From: Basidiobolus meristosporus CBS 931.73
Taxonomy: Eukaryota > Fungi > Basidiobolomycota
Length of the DNA: 64,000 nt
NCBI GenBank assembly: GCA_002104905.1
Contig: MCFE01000304.1
Span: forward strand, 35,106 to 99,105
Direction: 5' to 3'
A program made the position numbers and the translations under genes. A model generated the notes under the pieces. That model saw only the letters and a list, made by a program, of their open reading frames with translations. It was not told where the DNA came from and ran no database searches. Every line of letters starts with the position of its first letter. The stretch's first letter is position 1. Positions 49,140-60,122 of the stretch are shown one piece after another.

Positions 49140-52100
49140 AGTAATGGGATTGATGAGCAATGACCATTCAGATGAACAAGTTATATTAAGTTTGTTTGAG
49201 ATCAACTGGATGTGAAATGGATTGATTTGGCACAATTAGCTCAGTTTATCTGGTTTCCCTTGCAATATGACTGAAAATCCATCAATTGCCATGTAACCCA
49301 GCATTATGTGGCAAAACTCATCCTCAAACAATGACATGGAGATTTTATTGATGATTTTTTCACAAGTATATAACCAAATAGGAAACCTTTGATTGATGTG
49401 ATCTGCTCCATGTCAATGCAGTCCAACATGATTCATGCATAATAGAAGCAAAGTTCAACAATCATGTTGGCTTTTGTGTTTATTTCATATAAGTCCAGGT
49501 TGATTCCAGTATACTACTGTATATGTATCCAAATCCATTATTATGGTCCTTATACTTGTCACAAGTCTTGGTATAAGAGTTGTAGGGGAATAGGGAGTTT
49601 AGCTAGTATTGTATTCACTAAAACTTGAACTGATCTTTATTGAGATTCCAGCAGCTCCTTATATATGATTTTCCAACATCTTGAGGGAGGCTTCTTCTTT
49701 CTTCAGGAGGGATGTTTCTGGTTATTGCTGCTACCATTGTTACAAGTCTTGGTATAAGAGTTGTAGGGGAATAGGGAGCTTAGCAAGTATTGTATTCACT
49801 AAAACTTGAACTGATCTTTATTGAGATTCCAGCAGCTCCTTATATACATTTTGCCAGATCAATTGCTGACTAATAGTATTTCCTAATGTAGGCTGTAGCT
49901 GATGACTCATTTGATTGATTCATTATCACCCAGTAAGATCCTACCTAATATATCTATTTCTGTCTGATAAGGATCTGCTGATTCATTTGCTGACTAATGC
50001 TACTGATTTGATAGATAATACTGATATACTGATAACCTAAACAAATAACTAATTGATTTGACTAAAAACTGATATAACTTAAACATTCTAGTGGTAGATC
50101 ATAACATTCTCCCCTGCTAAAGTTGAGAGGGTTCTCATGACTCCCTTTTCTTGTGATACCAATACCTTGATGATTCAGTATTGTCAGCAAGTCTTGCAAG
50201 CTTGAGTCTGTCCCTATGCACTAAGTCTTCCCAGGTATTGCCTTGTTTGTCCACTAGTTGGTAAGTTGCAAATGGACATTCTCTGATGATCTTGAATGGT
50301 CCTGTCCATTGTGGCTCAAACTTCTGCCAAGTGTTGTTTCTTAGCAATACAAAGTTCCCAACTGTCAATGCTTCTGGTGCTATAGTCTTATAAAATCTCT
50401 GCTTCAACTTTTCTGCACTTTGAGATACTTTGGTCTGTGCCTCTTGACGTCTTTGTTCCAGTTGCTGGTGTCTACTTGGCTGACTGAGTTCATCTTCTAA
50501 TGTGTCTGTAAGCTTTAGTTGTATGAGATCTCCTGAAATCCTTGGTTCACATCCATACACTAAGTAAAATGGTGATTGCTGGGTGGTGTTGTGTACTCTC
50601 ACTCTGCATGCAAAGAGTACTTAGTCTATATACTCATCCCATCTACTGACAACTTCATTTGCATTCTTGGTCATCATTTTTTCAAATAATCCATTAAACC
50701 ACTCAGTGACTCCATTAGTTCTGGGGTGATATGCTAAGGTTTTCAGGTGTCTGATCTGCTGCATTTCCAGGTATATTTCCAATGTCTTTGCTATAAAGTT
50801 TGGACCTCTATTGGATAGAAACTCTACAGGGCATCCAAGCTTTACAAGGATCTCATGGCAGATGAAACTTGCAACTTCTTGTTCACTGGCTGTAGGTACA
50901 GCTTTAGCCACTGGCCGTTTTGTAGCATGGTCAATTGCTACTGGGCTCCAATGGTTGCATTTCCTGGTAGTTGGCAGTCTTCCGATAAAGTCAATTCCAC
51001 ATCTTTCAAGTGGTCTTACAGGCTCCAAGGGAGAGAGTTTGGCAATTCTCTGTGATTGGCCTTGGTTAATTTGGCAATTTGGGCATGTTTTCACTAGCTT
51101 CTCAAAATCTTGTTTCATTCTGGACCACCATGCTCTGGCTTTCACAAGGCTATAGGTCCCTTCAATTCCAAGATGTCCATTTTCATTGTGTAGCTTATGT
51201 ATTATATCCAGGCAAGAAACATAAGGGCAATAGGCACTAGGGCTTCCATCAACAACTTGGTAGAGTATTTCATCCTGAACTACATATTTGCTGGCTTCAT
51301 CCTGGATTATCTTGCTGATATACTCATCCACCTCATTAGGAATGGCTTGGTCCTCCAAGTACTTTGGTAATAGGCTAGGCCAATCTGATTCATGCACCAA
51401 GTTGAGTTGTGCAACTTGATCTAATCTTGATAAGGCATCAGCAACCATGTTGATTTTTCCAGGGCTGTAGACAATCTCCAAGTCAAACTGCTGAATGTAT
51501 TCACTCCATCTTGTCATTCTTCTAGAAAGTACCTTCTGAGTAAATATATACTTGAGGGAGGCATGATTAGTCTTCACAGGGCATTTGACTCCTTAAATAT
51601 AGCATCTCCCTGTCTTCAAACAGTGTATTATAGCAAGCATCTCCTTCGCATGGACTGGATAGTTTTGTTCAGTTGAGTTCAGTTTCTTGCATTCAAAGGC
51701 AACAGGATAGTCCTTTCCCTTGTGTTCTTGGCTCAATGCTCCACCAATTGCATAATCTGAAGCATCTGTGCACAGAGTGAACTCTTTTCTGAAGTCTGGT
51801 ATTCTTAAGCTTGGCAGCTAAGCAAGTTCATTCTTGAGCATCTGGAAGGCAGTCTCACAAGCTATGTCCCACTTGTAGGTATTGTCTTTCTTGAGGATAT
51901 CAGTCAAAGGGGCTGCAATACTTGCAAAAAACTTGACAAATCTCCAATAATAGGAAACCACTCCAAGGAATGATCTGAGCTCTGATATGTTATGGAGCTG
52001 CTTCAGATTCTTGATTACTTCCACCTTCTTAGGGTCTAAAGTTACTCCTGTGCAAGTTACTGTGTCCCAGATATTCAACGTGTTCCTTGAAGAATTCACA

Positions 52101-55100
52101 CTTGGGTAGCTTGCCATAAAGCTTGTTCTCTCTTAGCTTCTTCAAGACCTTTTCAATGTGCACCAAGTGATCATCTTCTGTCTTGCTGCATATCAGTATA
52201 TCATCTAGGTAGATTATGACAAAATTGTCTAAGCACTCCCAGAAGACAGTCTTCATCAGGGTCATGAATGTTGCAGGGGCATTGGTGAGGCCAAAACTCA
52301 TGACTAAGTACTTGTAATGTCCATATCTGGTCCTGAATGCTGTCTTAGGGATGTCTTCTGGCTTCACCCTAATCTGGTTGTGACCTGACATGAGGTCAAT
52401 CTTGCTGAAAATAGTGGCTCAATTGAGTTGGTCCCAGAGCTCATCAATCCAACGTATGGGGTACTAATTCTTCACGGTAACTGAGTTGAGGGCTCTGTAG
52501 TCAATGCACATCCTAAGTGTTCCATCCTTCTTCTTCACAAAAAGTACTGGTGCTCCCCAAGGTGACTTGCTGGGTCTGATATATCCTTGCTCCAGTAGCT
52601 GATCTATTTGTCTCTTCATCACTTCCAACTCCAACGGACTCCTTCTGTAAGGTGTCTAGCTCACTGGAGAGCTATCTCCTGTTTCAATGGCATGATCCAC
52701 ATCTCTGACTGGTGGTAGGCTTACAAGCATTTCTGGAAATACGTCTGAATACTCCTTCAAAAGAGTCTGGACCTTCTGGGGCACTTGAGTCAAGGAATCC
52801 TCCTGTAATACTGCCATGAGGAACATCTGGGTGCCTTTTCTTAGTGCTCTACAGAACTGTGTCTTGCTAAGCTCACTTGTTTCACACACACTGGAATTGA
52901 CCAAACTAAAATCTAGTCTGGCAGGTAATAGCTCACAGGTCTTGTTGTCCTTCTGGATCTGAGTAGCATAGGTTCTCTGGTTGATTGAGGGATTACAACA
53001 AAATAGCCAGGTTTTCCCAAGTACAAGGTCAAACTTGCAGTTCCCAAATATATAGGCCTGTAGATCTTCTTCATAGTCATTGATCTTGATCCTTACTGGC
53101 TGAGTAATACAGTTGATTATGTGAGAGTTCCCATCAGCTGTTGAGACTGATGTTGATTTGGTGGGTCCTAAGTTGATTCCAGCTTTCAGAGCAAATTGCT
53201 CTGACATGTACTCATGCAATGCTCCTGATTCAATCATGATCTTGGCAGGTACTCCATTGATTACTCCATTCAAGTATAATAGCTTTCCTGAGTTTGAGGT
53301 CATCTGGGATAGGTATTCTTCTGTCATGTGGAAGGTGAGTTCAGAGTCTTCTTCAGGCTCATCCTCCATGTTAATATGCTCCATGGCCTCAATACGGTTA
53401 ACGGTTCTTGAGGGCTGGTGTTTATTTCTTCTTGGAGGGCAGTACTTTGCAATATGTCCCTGCTGGTGGCAATTGAAGCAAAGTCCTTTCTTCTTACATT
53501 CTTCTGAGGTAGGATTCTTCTGCATAGCATCTACTTCCATTGGCACTGCTTCTGATTGTCTTCTTTCATAGTGATTGTGGCCTTTCTGATTAGTCATTGT
53601 GGGCTTCCCAACTCCAAACATAGCTGAGTCATAGTCAATGGCAATCTTGATGGCTTCTTCAATAGTTGGAGGTCTTCAATAATTCACTTCCTTACAAGTT
53701 CTTTCTTTCAACCCATCAATAAAGTAGTCAACTTGATCCAGAGAGTCCATTCTTTCAATTTGCCCATGTAGACATCTATATTCATAGATGTACTCTTGAA
53801 TCATTCCTTTTTGTCTGAGTGTCTTCAACTTTCTTCTTAGTAGTGTCTGTTAGTGTGGGGGGTCAAAGGCATCCTGAATTTCCAACACAAACTCATCCCA
53901 TGTAGAGATTGTAGAGCATCCCCACATGGTGGCTGACCTGATTTTGTTGTAGTACCACTGCAAAGCTGCATCTGCCAGGTAAGAGGCTGCATAATGTAAT
54001 TTTTTTCTGGAGCAATTCCTTTAGCCTTGAAAGCTTCTTCAATCTGGAAGAGCCAAGTTCCCAGGTTTTCATTGACTCTACCATGGTACTGGTTGACCTT
54101 TACACTAAAGTTGCTCTTGACAGGGTTTTGCTGGCTTTGAGCCATGGTAGTCATTCCTTGTTGCTGCTGCTGGCTCAGGATCTGGAGTAACTGTTGCTGC
54201 TGGGACAGGATTTGTTGCATAGCATTCTTTCATTCTTGATTTTCCAACATCTTGAGGGAGGCTTCTTCTTTCTTCAGAAGGGATGTTTCTGGTTATTGCT
54301 GCTACCAATGTTACAAGTCTTGGTATATGAGTTGTAGGGGAATAGGGAGTTTAGCAAGTATTGTATTCACTAAAACTTGAGCTGATCTTTATTGATATTC
54401 CAGCAGCTCCTTATATACATTTTGTCAGATCAATTGCTGACTAATAGTATTTCCTAATGTAGGCTGTAGCTGATGACTCATTTGATTGATTCATTATCAC
54501 CCAATAAAATCCTACCTAATATATCTATTTCTGGATAAGGATCTGCTGATTCATTTGCTGACTAATGTTACTGATTTGATAGATAATACTGATATACTGA
54601 TAACCTAAATAAATAGCTAATTGATTTGACTAAGAACTGATATAACTTAAACATTCAAGCAGCAGCTCATAACATACCAAGTCTCAACTTGTCTTGAGTA
54701 CAACCCAGGCAAAATTCATCCCCCAGCTCACAAGCATGGTCTGGTCCAGAAAAGTTGATGTCAAATCTGCTCAAGTTCTTGCCAAAGGATTTCAGTGTGG
54801 CTCAAGTGTCCATGCCTTCATATAGATATCTGGGCACTACCCAATAATCTAGCAAAACTGGATAACTCAGAGAGTTGACAGATATGGAAGAATCTGAGTA
54901 CAAAGCTGTGGCATGAGTTCTACATCAGGATGCCAGCAGATATATGTAAGAAGATATATAACAGGACAAGTGTTGAGGTCAAAAATGAGCTGAGAGTGAG
55001 GAGATTTGATGAGGAAGCTGCCTAAGAACAGTTGTGTATGCAACATGCACAGTACAAGCTAGCTGTGTCTGTTTGGGCAACAACTTTGGGAACCAATGAG

Positions 55101-55303
55101 ATTTTGATGAGTTTTGGCTCATATGACCAATGCACTATGAGATATATTAATAGAGCTTTTAGTTCTAAACTATCACCAGTGGGTAAGTGAATACCTTGAG
55201 GAATTGGAAGGTGAGCTTTAAGAGAAAGAATACCAATTACAAGCAACTGTGTCTAGATTGCACCAGATTGCCTTGTTGGATTCCTTACCATCCCTTACAA
55301 TGC
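49140..55303. mobile_element. Harbinger-type copy 4 fragment (intergenic region and ORF2 5' part), split by gypsy array H
   Basis: 49140-49556 matches ~8430-8850, and 54675-55303 continues ORF2 (...ES*QIWKNLSTK...). Confidence 0.8.
49557..54674 (-). mobile_element. Gypsy tandem array H: LTR-internal-LTR-PBS/leader-(deletion)-partial LTR
   Basis: LTRs at 54309-54674 and 49738-50106 plus a partial LTR at 49557-~49666. A second PBS and leader lie at 49667-49737. Degraded gag-pol 50107-54260; outer TSD TACT/TACC. Confidence 0.88.
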
Positions 55304-57070
55304 TGTAGTTGGGTCACTGGGAAGCCCACTGAGATGTGCTCATTCCCATACTTCCTGCTTCCCTAATTCTTTAATACCCTTATTTTTGTTTTATCCCAGT
55401 TTATTATCTGATCAATACTATCCTTTAAGACAGCAAACTACAATACCTGCTTACATATTGCATAATTTATCCCTCACTTTATGTAAGATTACTTGATGTA
55501 AGTGTTTAAATATTAGGCAAGTACCCCCAGCAGAACATGTTGCACCTGATCAAGCCATGTCACCATCCCTACCATCTCCATTCCATATATGCAATCACTA
55601 TATTTTGCAGGTATCAGAGTACTGATCCTTGATTGGCTGGTTGTGCTGTGCCTCTACAAACCTTCCAGCATCTACTTGGAGCATTCTTAGCTCACTCTGA
55701 TGTCATTGAGACTTCTATTGATCTCCAGGACCTTCTGGAGCACCTTAATCAGTAATCACTTAGCAAATGAGAAATGTATATGGGAGGCAATCCCTCAACA
55801 ATAAATCATCATCTGTTGTGTTGTATTATAATTAGTTTAAGGCTTGTTCCACATTGTAGTGGCTAATTAACAATATACAACAACTTCCAGTATGCTACTA
55901 CTTAAATAGCTTATTGGGAGTTTGATATACCAATAGAAGATAAAATTTTCACAAATATCCTCAATCTTAGGCTCAAAGTATACTATAGGCCAAGATTCTC
56001 ACTTCTACAGCAGTGTTCTCACCTTCTGTTGACTATTGGGCTTATTTACTCTTATAGTAACTTTTCCTTATTTGGAAATCACTCTCCCTTCTGAGAAAAT
56101 ATCTCCTAATATGGAAACTCTGAGCTCCGCTTTAACCCAAAGGGGTGTGTTGTAAAAGTCTCTCAAGGAGTCTTTAGACCTGAAGGGGTGCCTAAAGGGG
56201 CTGTTTTAGAGTAAAGGGGTTTCTTAAAAGGGTCTTTAAAGGAATCTTAAGACCAAAGGGGTGTCTTTAGAGTAAAGGAGCTTCTTAGAGGGGACTTTTC
56301 CAACAGAAAAGTGGTAGTTTCTTGTAGAACTTAGATTGGATTTTTGTGAGCTGTGCAGTCTCTTTACTGATGCAGTACCAATCAAAGTCAGAATACTTAA
56401 CAGTGCAAGTGATGCAGGGGAAGTCTTATAGCCTTTAAGCTTGTAATTGTAATGTGGAGATTCTGGAAAGAGAGACTCACTTTATTTTTCAGCTAGGGAA
56501 GTCATGTATATGAAAATTCTGAAGGATTGAAGTTTTTGGGGAATTGCGCAAGCAATACATGTGATACAAAGCCAAAATTTTGCAGTGACACAGATTGGAC
56601 ATAGGCGCAGACCTGTGACAATCTCATGTGATTTGATTGGCTGGCCTGAAAGTTACACATGATCAAGGTCACCATAGTAATCCTAGCAATAGAGGCATAG
56701 TATATTAAATAATTGGACTTTTTTAGTCATAACTCCTTGAGTATTGCTTCAAATGAAGTGTAATTTGAAATATGTGTTGGCTACTGCATGTTCTGCATGA
56801 CATAAGATTCTTGGGTGGATTACTTGTCAGGGTCTGGAGCATTCGTCCTTCAAAGTTGTAAATTCTTGATTTTTCACCTGTGTGTTACAATAGCAACAAG
56901 CAAAATATAGAAATGAGTGCAATATTGGTTTTGGGATATTGCAGTAATGGAATACTTTCCATTACCACACATCCCTTTTATCAATATACCAACTTGTTGA
57001 TTAGTGTCATGACTGCTACCTGCTGCTACTTAACATTCAATCCCAGACCAGAGGATACTCCCAGCACTGC
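55304..57070. mobile_element. Diverged family-X LTR, interrupted by a family-Y LTR; right end not resolved
   Basis: 55550-55813 aligns to ~11530-11790 (accatccctaccat...gatgtcattgaga...gcaatccctca..aataaatcatc) and resumes after 56973. Confidence 0.65.
55814..56969. mobile_element. Second family-Y solo LTR
   Basis: TGTTGT...ACCACA, 4-bp TSD CATC, collinear with 35226-36322. Confidence 0.88.
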
Positions 57071-57964
57071 TTGTGAGGAATATTCAGAGTAGGCATCTTT
57101 ATTATATTTTATTCTTTCCCAAGTTTGCTGTTGTACTGGCAAAGATATTTTTGTGTCTAAAATCCAAAACCTGTATGTTATTCAACCAATCCATCACCAA
57201 CAGATTGGACTATGTTAAACAACACCCTCAATACAATGTTATTAATATCCATCAAGAATCTTTTCATAATGTCATCTCCACCAGGCTTGTTCAGCTTGGG
57301 CCAAAATACCTCTTTTGTTAGATATATGACATACTCAGCCATATAAATGAATCTTTTGAATTGGCACTGATGCTTTTATTACAAATCCCAAAATTTTACT
57401 TGTAAGGCTCAGCAATGATAATTTTTCTTTGATATCTACCAAAGATTTTGATTATTTATATGCCAGCATCTTTTGTTAAACAATAAAAAATGGTCCAAAA
57501 CCTCTTACAAGGCATAAAGGATTGTTGTAATCTACATGATAACAAACAAAATATGACAATCTATATTTTAGAACCATAAAAAACATCAAAGCAAGATACA
57601 CATGTCAAATATTTAAACCAATGACGCACTAATAGTTATTGGGATACAAGAGAGTTTAAACAACAATATGAGTATGACAACTTTGTCATCCATTGGGCTT
57701 GTATAAATCACGATAGTGGTATATCTTTTGAAAAGATATTCAGCAAGCTACAATAAAAGTGTTATTTACATTTTAACAATCAATGTATGTTCTGGTTAAT
57801 ACCACCTTTTAGTCAACATAAATATCTTCTAAAATTTTTTGATCTCAAATACAAAATTAATTTAAAACTTTTTGGTTTAGCAAAATATCTTTAAAGACTC
57901 TTTAAGTATTATACTATAACAAATTTTTAAAAGTTATTTGAAGCCAAGTAGCATTATAGATATT

Positions 57965-58696
57965 AGACTTGCTCCATTGGATAGTGCCACATTGAGTAAT
58001 GAGTGCCAAAAGATGCCATAGTGTCCCAGGGAGGCCAAGCAAGCCTATATTTGGCCACAGAGTGTGAAACATAGCTCTCCATCTGCATGCAAAGCAGCCC
58101 TTGTGTTTCACCCATTGTCCTGGAGAAAATCCATATTTTGACCTTTTTTTTGGATCAGCATTGTTCAGTGTTGTGAGAGCACAGAAGGACTGAAGACATG
58201 CCTCTGATACTCCATACCCATGGCACTTGGAATCTTGCTCCTGTAGCTTGTATCATGTCACAAAAATGCCTGGAACTATCTTGGTCCACTGGTACTATCT
58301 GTCACTGTAAGTGCTTTATATAGGTCTTACTTTGTGGCTAATATTTAAATATAGTACCTGATAGTACTAGTGGACAAAGATAGTGCCATGCATTTTTGTG
58401 ACATGATACAAGCTACAGGAGCTAGATTGAGAGTGCCATGGGTATTGAGTACCAGATGCATGTCTTCAATTGTTTTGTGCTCTTACACATCCTGGAAAAC
58501 AACGATCCAAAAAAAAAGGTCAAAAAATAGATTTTCTCCAGCACAATGAGTGAAACTTAGGGGCTGCTTTGCATGCAGATGCAGAGCTATGTTTCACACT
58601 CTGTGGCCAAATATAGGCTCACTTGGCCTCCTTGGCACACTATGGCAGCATTTGGCACTGATGGCTCAATGTGGCTCTATTGAACAGGACAAGTCT
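57965..58696. mobile_element. Fold-back MITE of the Harbinger-type family (732 bp)
   Basis: Ends AGACTTG...CAAGTCT with ATT TSD. Inverted arms at 57965-58299 and 58360-58696 surround a 60-bp spacer; the ORF track shows mirror ORFs. Confidence 0.9.
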
Positions 58697-59484
58697 ATTA
58701 AACTAGTTCCAACAAATATCATATTTATATTAACCTTTAACCCTTAATTTGAATTTTTTCTATCTTGTGATATTGGACACTAAAAAATTTCCCGTATAGA
58801 TAAATAAATAATCAACAGTGTGATTGGTATTATACAGAGTTCCACCTCCTCAAAGATATCCAGTTACATATTTACATATATGATCACCAAATTCATATAT
58901 TTACATCCATATGTTAAACTTGTGCAACTCATCTGTAAATATATCTCTTCTGCAATACTCCCTGACATTTTTATGCAATTGCAATTCTTAAATGTTATTT
59001 TTACTGCCATATTAAAGAAGATGTTTTGTTAATAATATATATGTGATACAGATTACAAATCAATTTAACAAGGATTTGACAAGATTCTTTCTCAAAATCT
59101 TTATATCAAATAAATAAATCTCATTTGGTTTAACAAACACTTTTTAAAAAATTAAATGGTATAGCTGATATTGTATTTTCCAAATTTAACATTTCATAAA
59201 TGACATTTTTAGTAACTATGCCATTTATATTGCTATTAACAATATATTAATAACTATACAGATTATTTAGGTTATCTGTTATATTATGGTCAAAGGGAAG
59301 AATTTTAAAAAGTTACCCAAGAGTTATGGGATATTTGTTTATAAGACAAACTGGTGCATTCAGAATATTAATTTGCCAATGTGTTTGGAAATTCTATTGT
59401 CAAATATTCTTTTTTGTAGAGTGAAAAGGGCTGTTGAATTGTTTATGCTACCCTTATATAACAAACTGGCATGTACAAGATATT

Positions 59485-59766
59485 AGACTTGTTCTGTTGG
59501 ATAGTGCCAGATGAAGCTGTAGCATGCCAGGGAGGCCAAGAAGACCTATACTTGGCCACCAAGTGTGTAACATAGGTCTTCATCTTCATGTGCAATGGCC
59601 CCTGTGTTTCACCCATTGTGCAGGAATCTGGTATTCAGAACCCATGGCACCCTGAATCTAGCTCCTGTGACTAGTACCATGTCACAAAAATGCATGGCAC
59701 TATCTGGCACTATAAGTGCTTTGTATAGATTTTACTTTAGGGCTAATATCTAAATATCGTGCCTGA
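59485..59766. mobile_element. Truncated copy of the same MITE (one arm plus spacer)
   Basis: gatATT-AGACTTGTTC...gatagtgcca; internally deleted arm and spacer; no second arm. Confidence 0.8.
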
Positions 59767-60122
59767 GTAAACTTTTTTGGAAATTTTTTTTGCTTTACAT
59801 ATTTTTTGGTTAAAAGAAAAGTTTTTAAAAAAATTGTTGGATTGTTTACCCTTATATAAGTAGTTAGCTTGTTTGTCCAATGAAGGAATCTTGTACATTG
59901 ATAGGTATGCTATAAAGGCCTTGCTGTCCTTCTCTTGAAAATGTCTACTTCTTCTGCTGTTCCTTTGGACCCAACTTCCTTTCCTGTTACTTTACTCAAA
60001 GGCTTTTTTTCCTCAAGGTAGATCTGTATCTTGATTCTACAAAGTCAGTAGATCTTGCAATCAAACCACTCCTTTACAGGGGAGATGGGTGTATTATTCT
60101 GTTTGCCAGTAGATGTCATCTT

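Noticed and set aside
23623-54674. Recurrent ~350-370-bp repeats as a CRISPR-like or satellite array
   Set aside because: They are dispersed LTRs with TG...CA ends, PBS/PPT and TSDs, not regularly spaced short repeats.
57914-58747. Pair of similar small ORFs (MKHKGCF... / MKLRGCF...) as duplicated peptide genes
   Set aside because: They are mirror images produced by the MITE's inverted arms.
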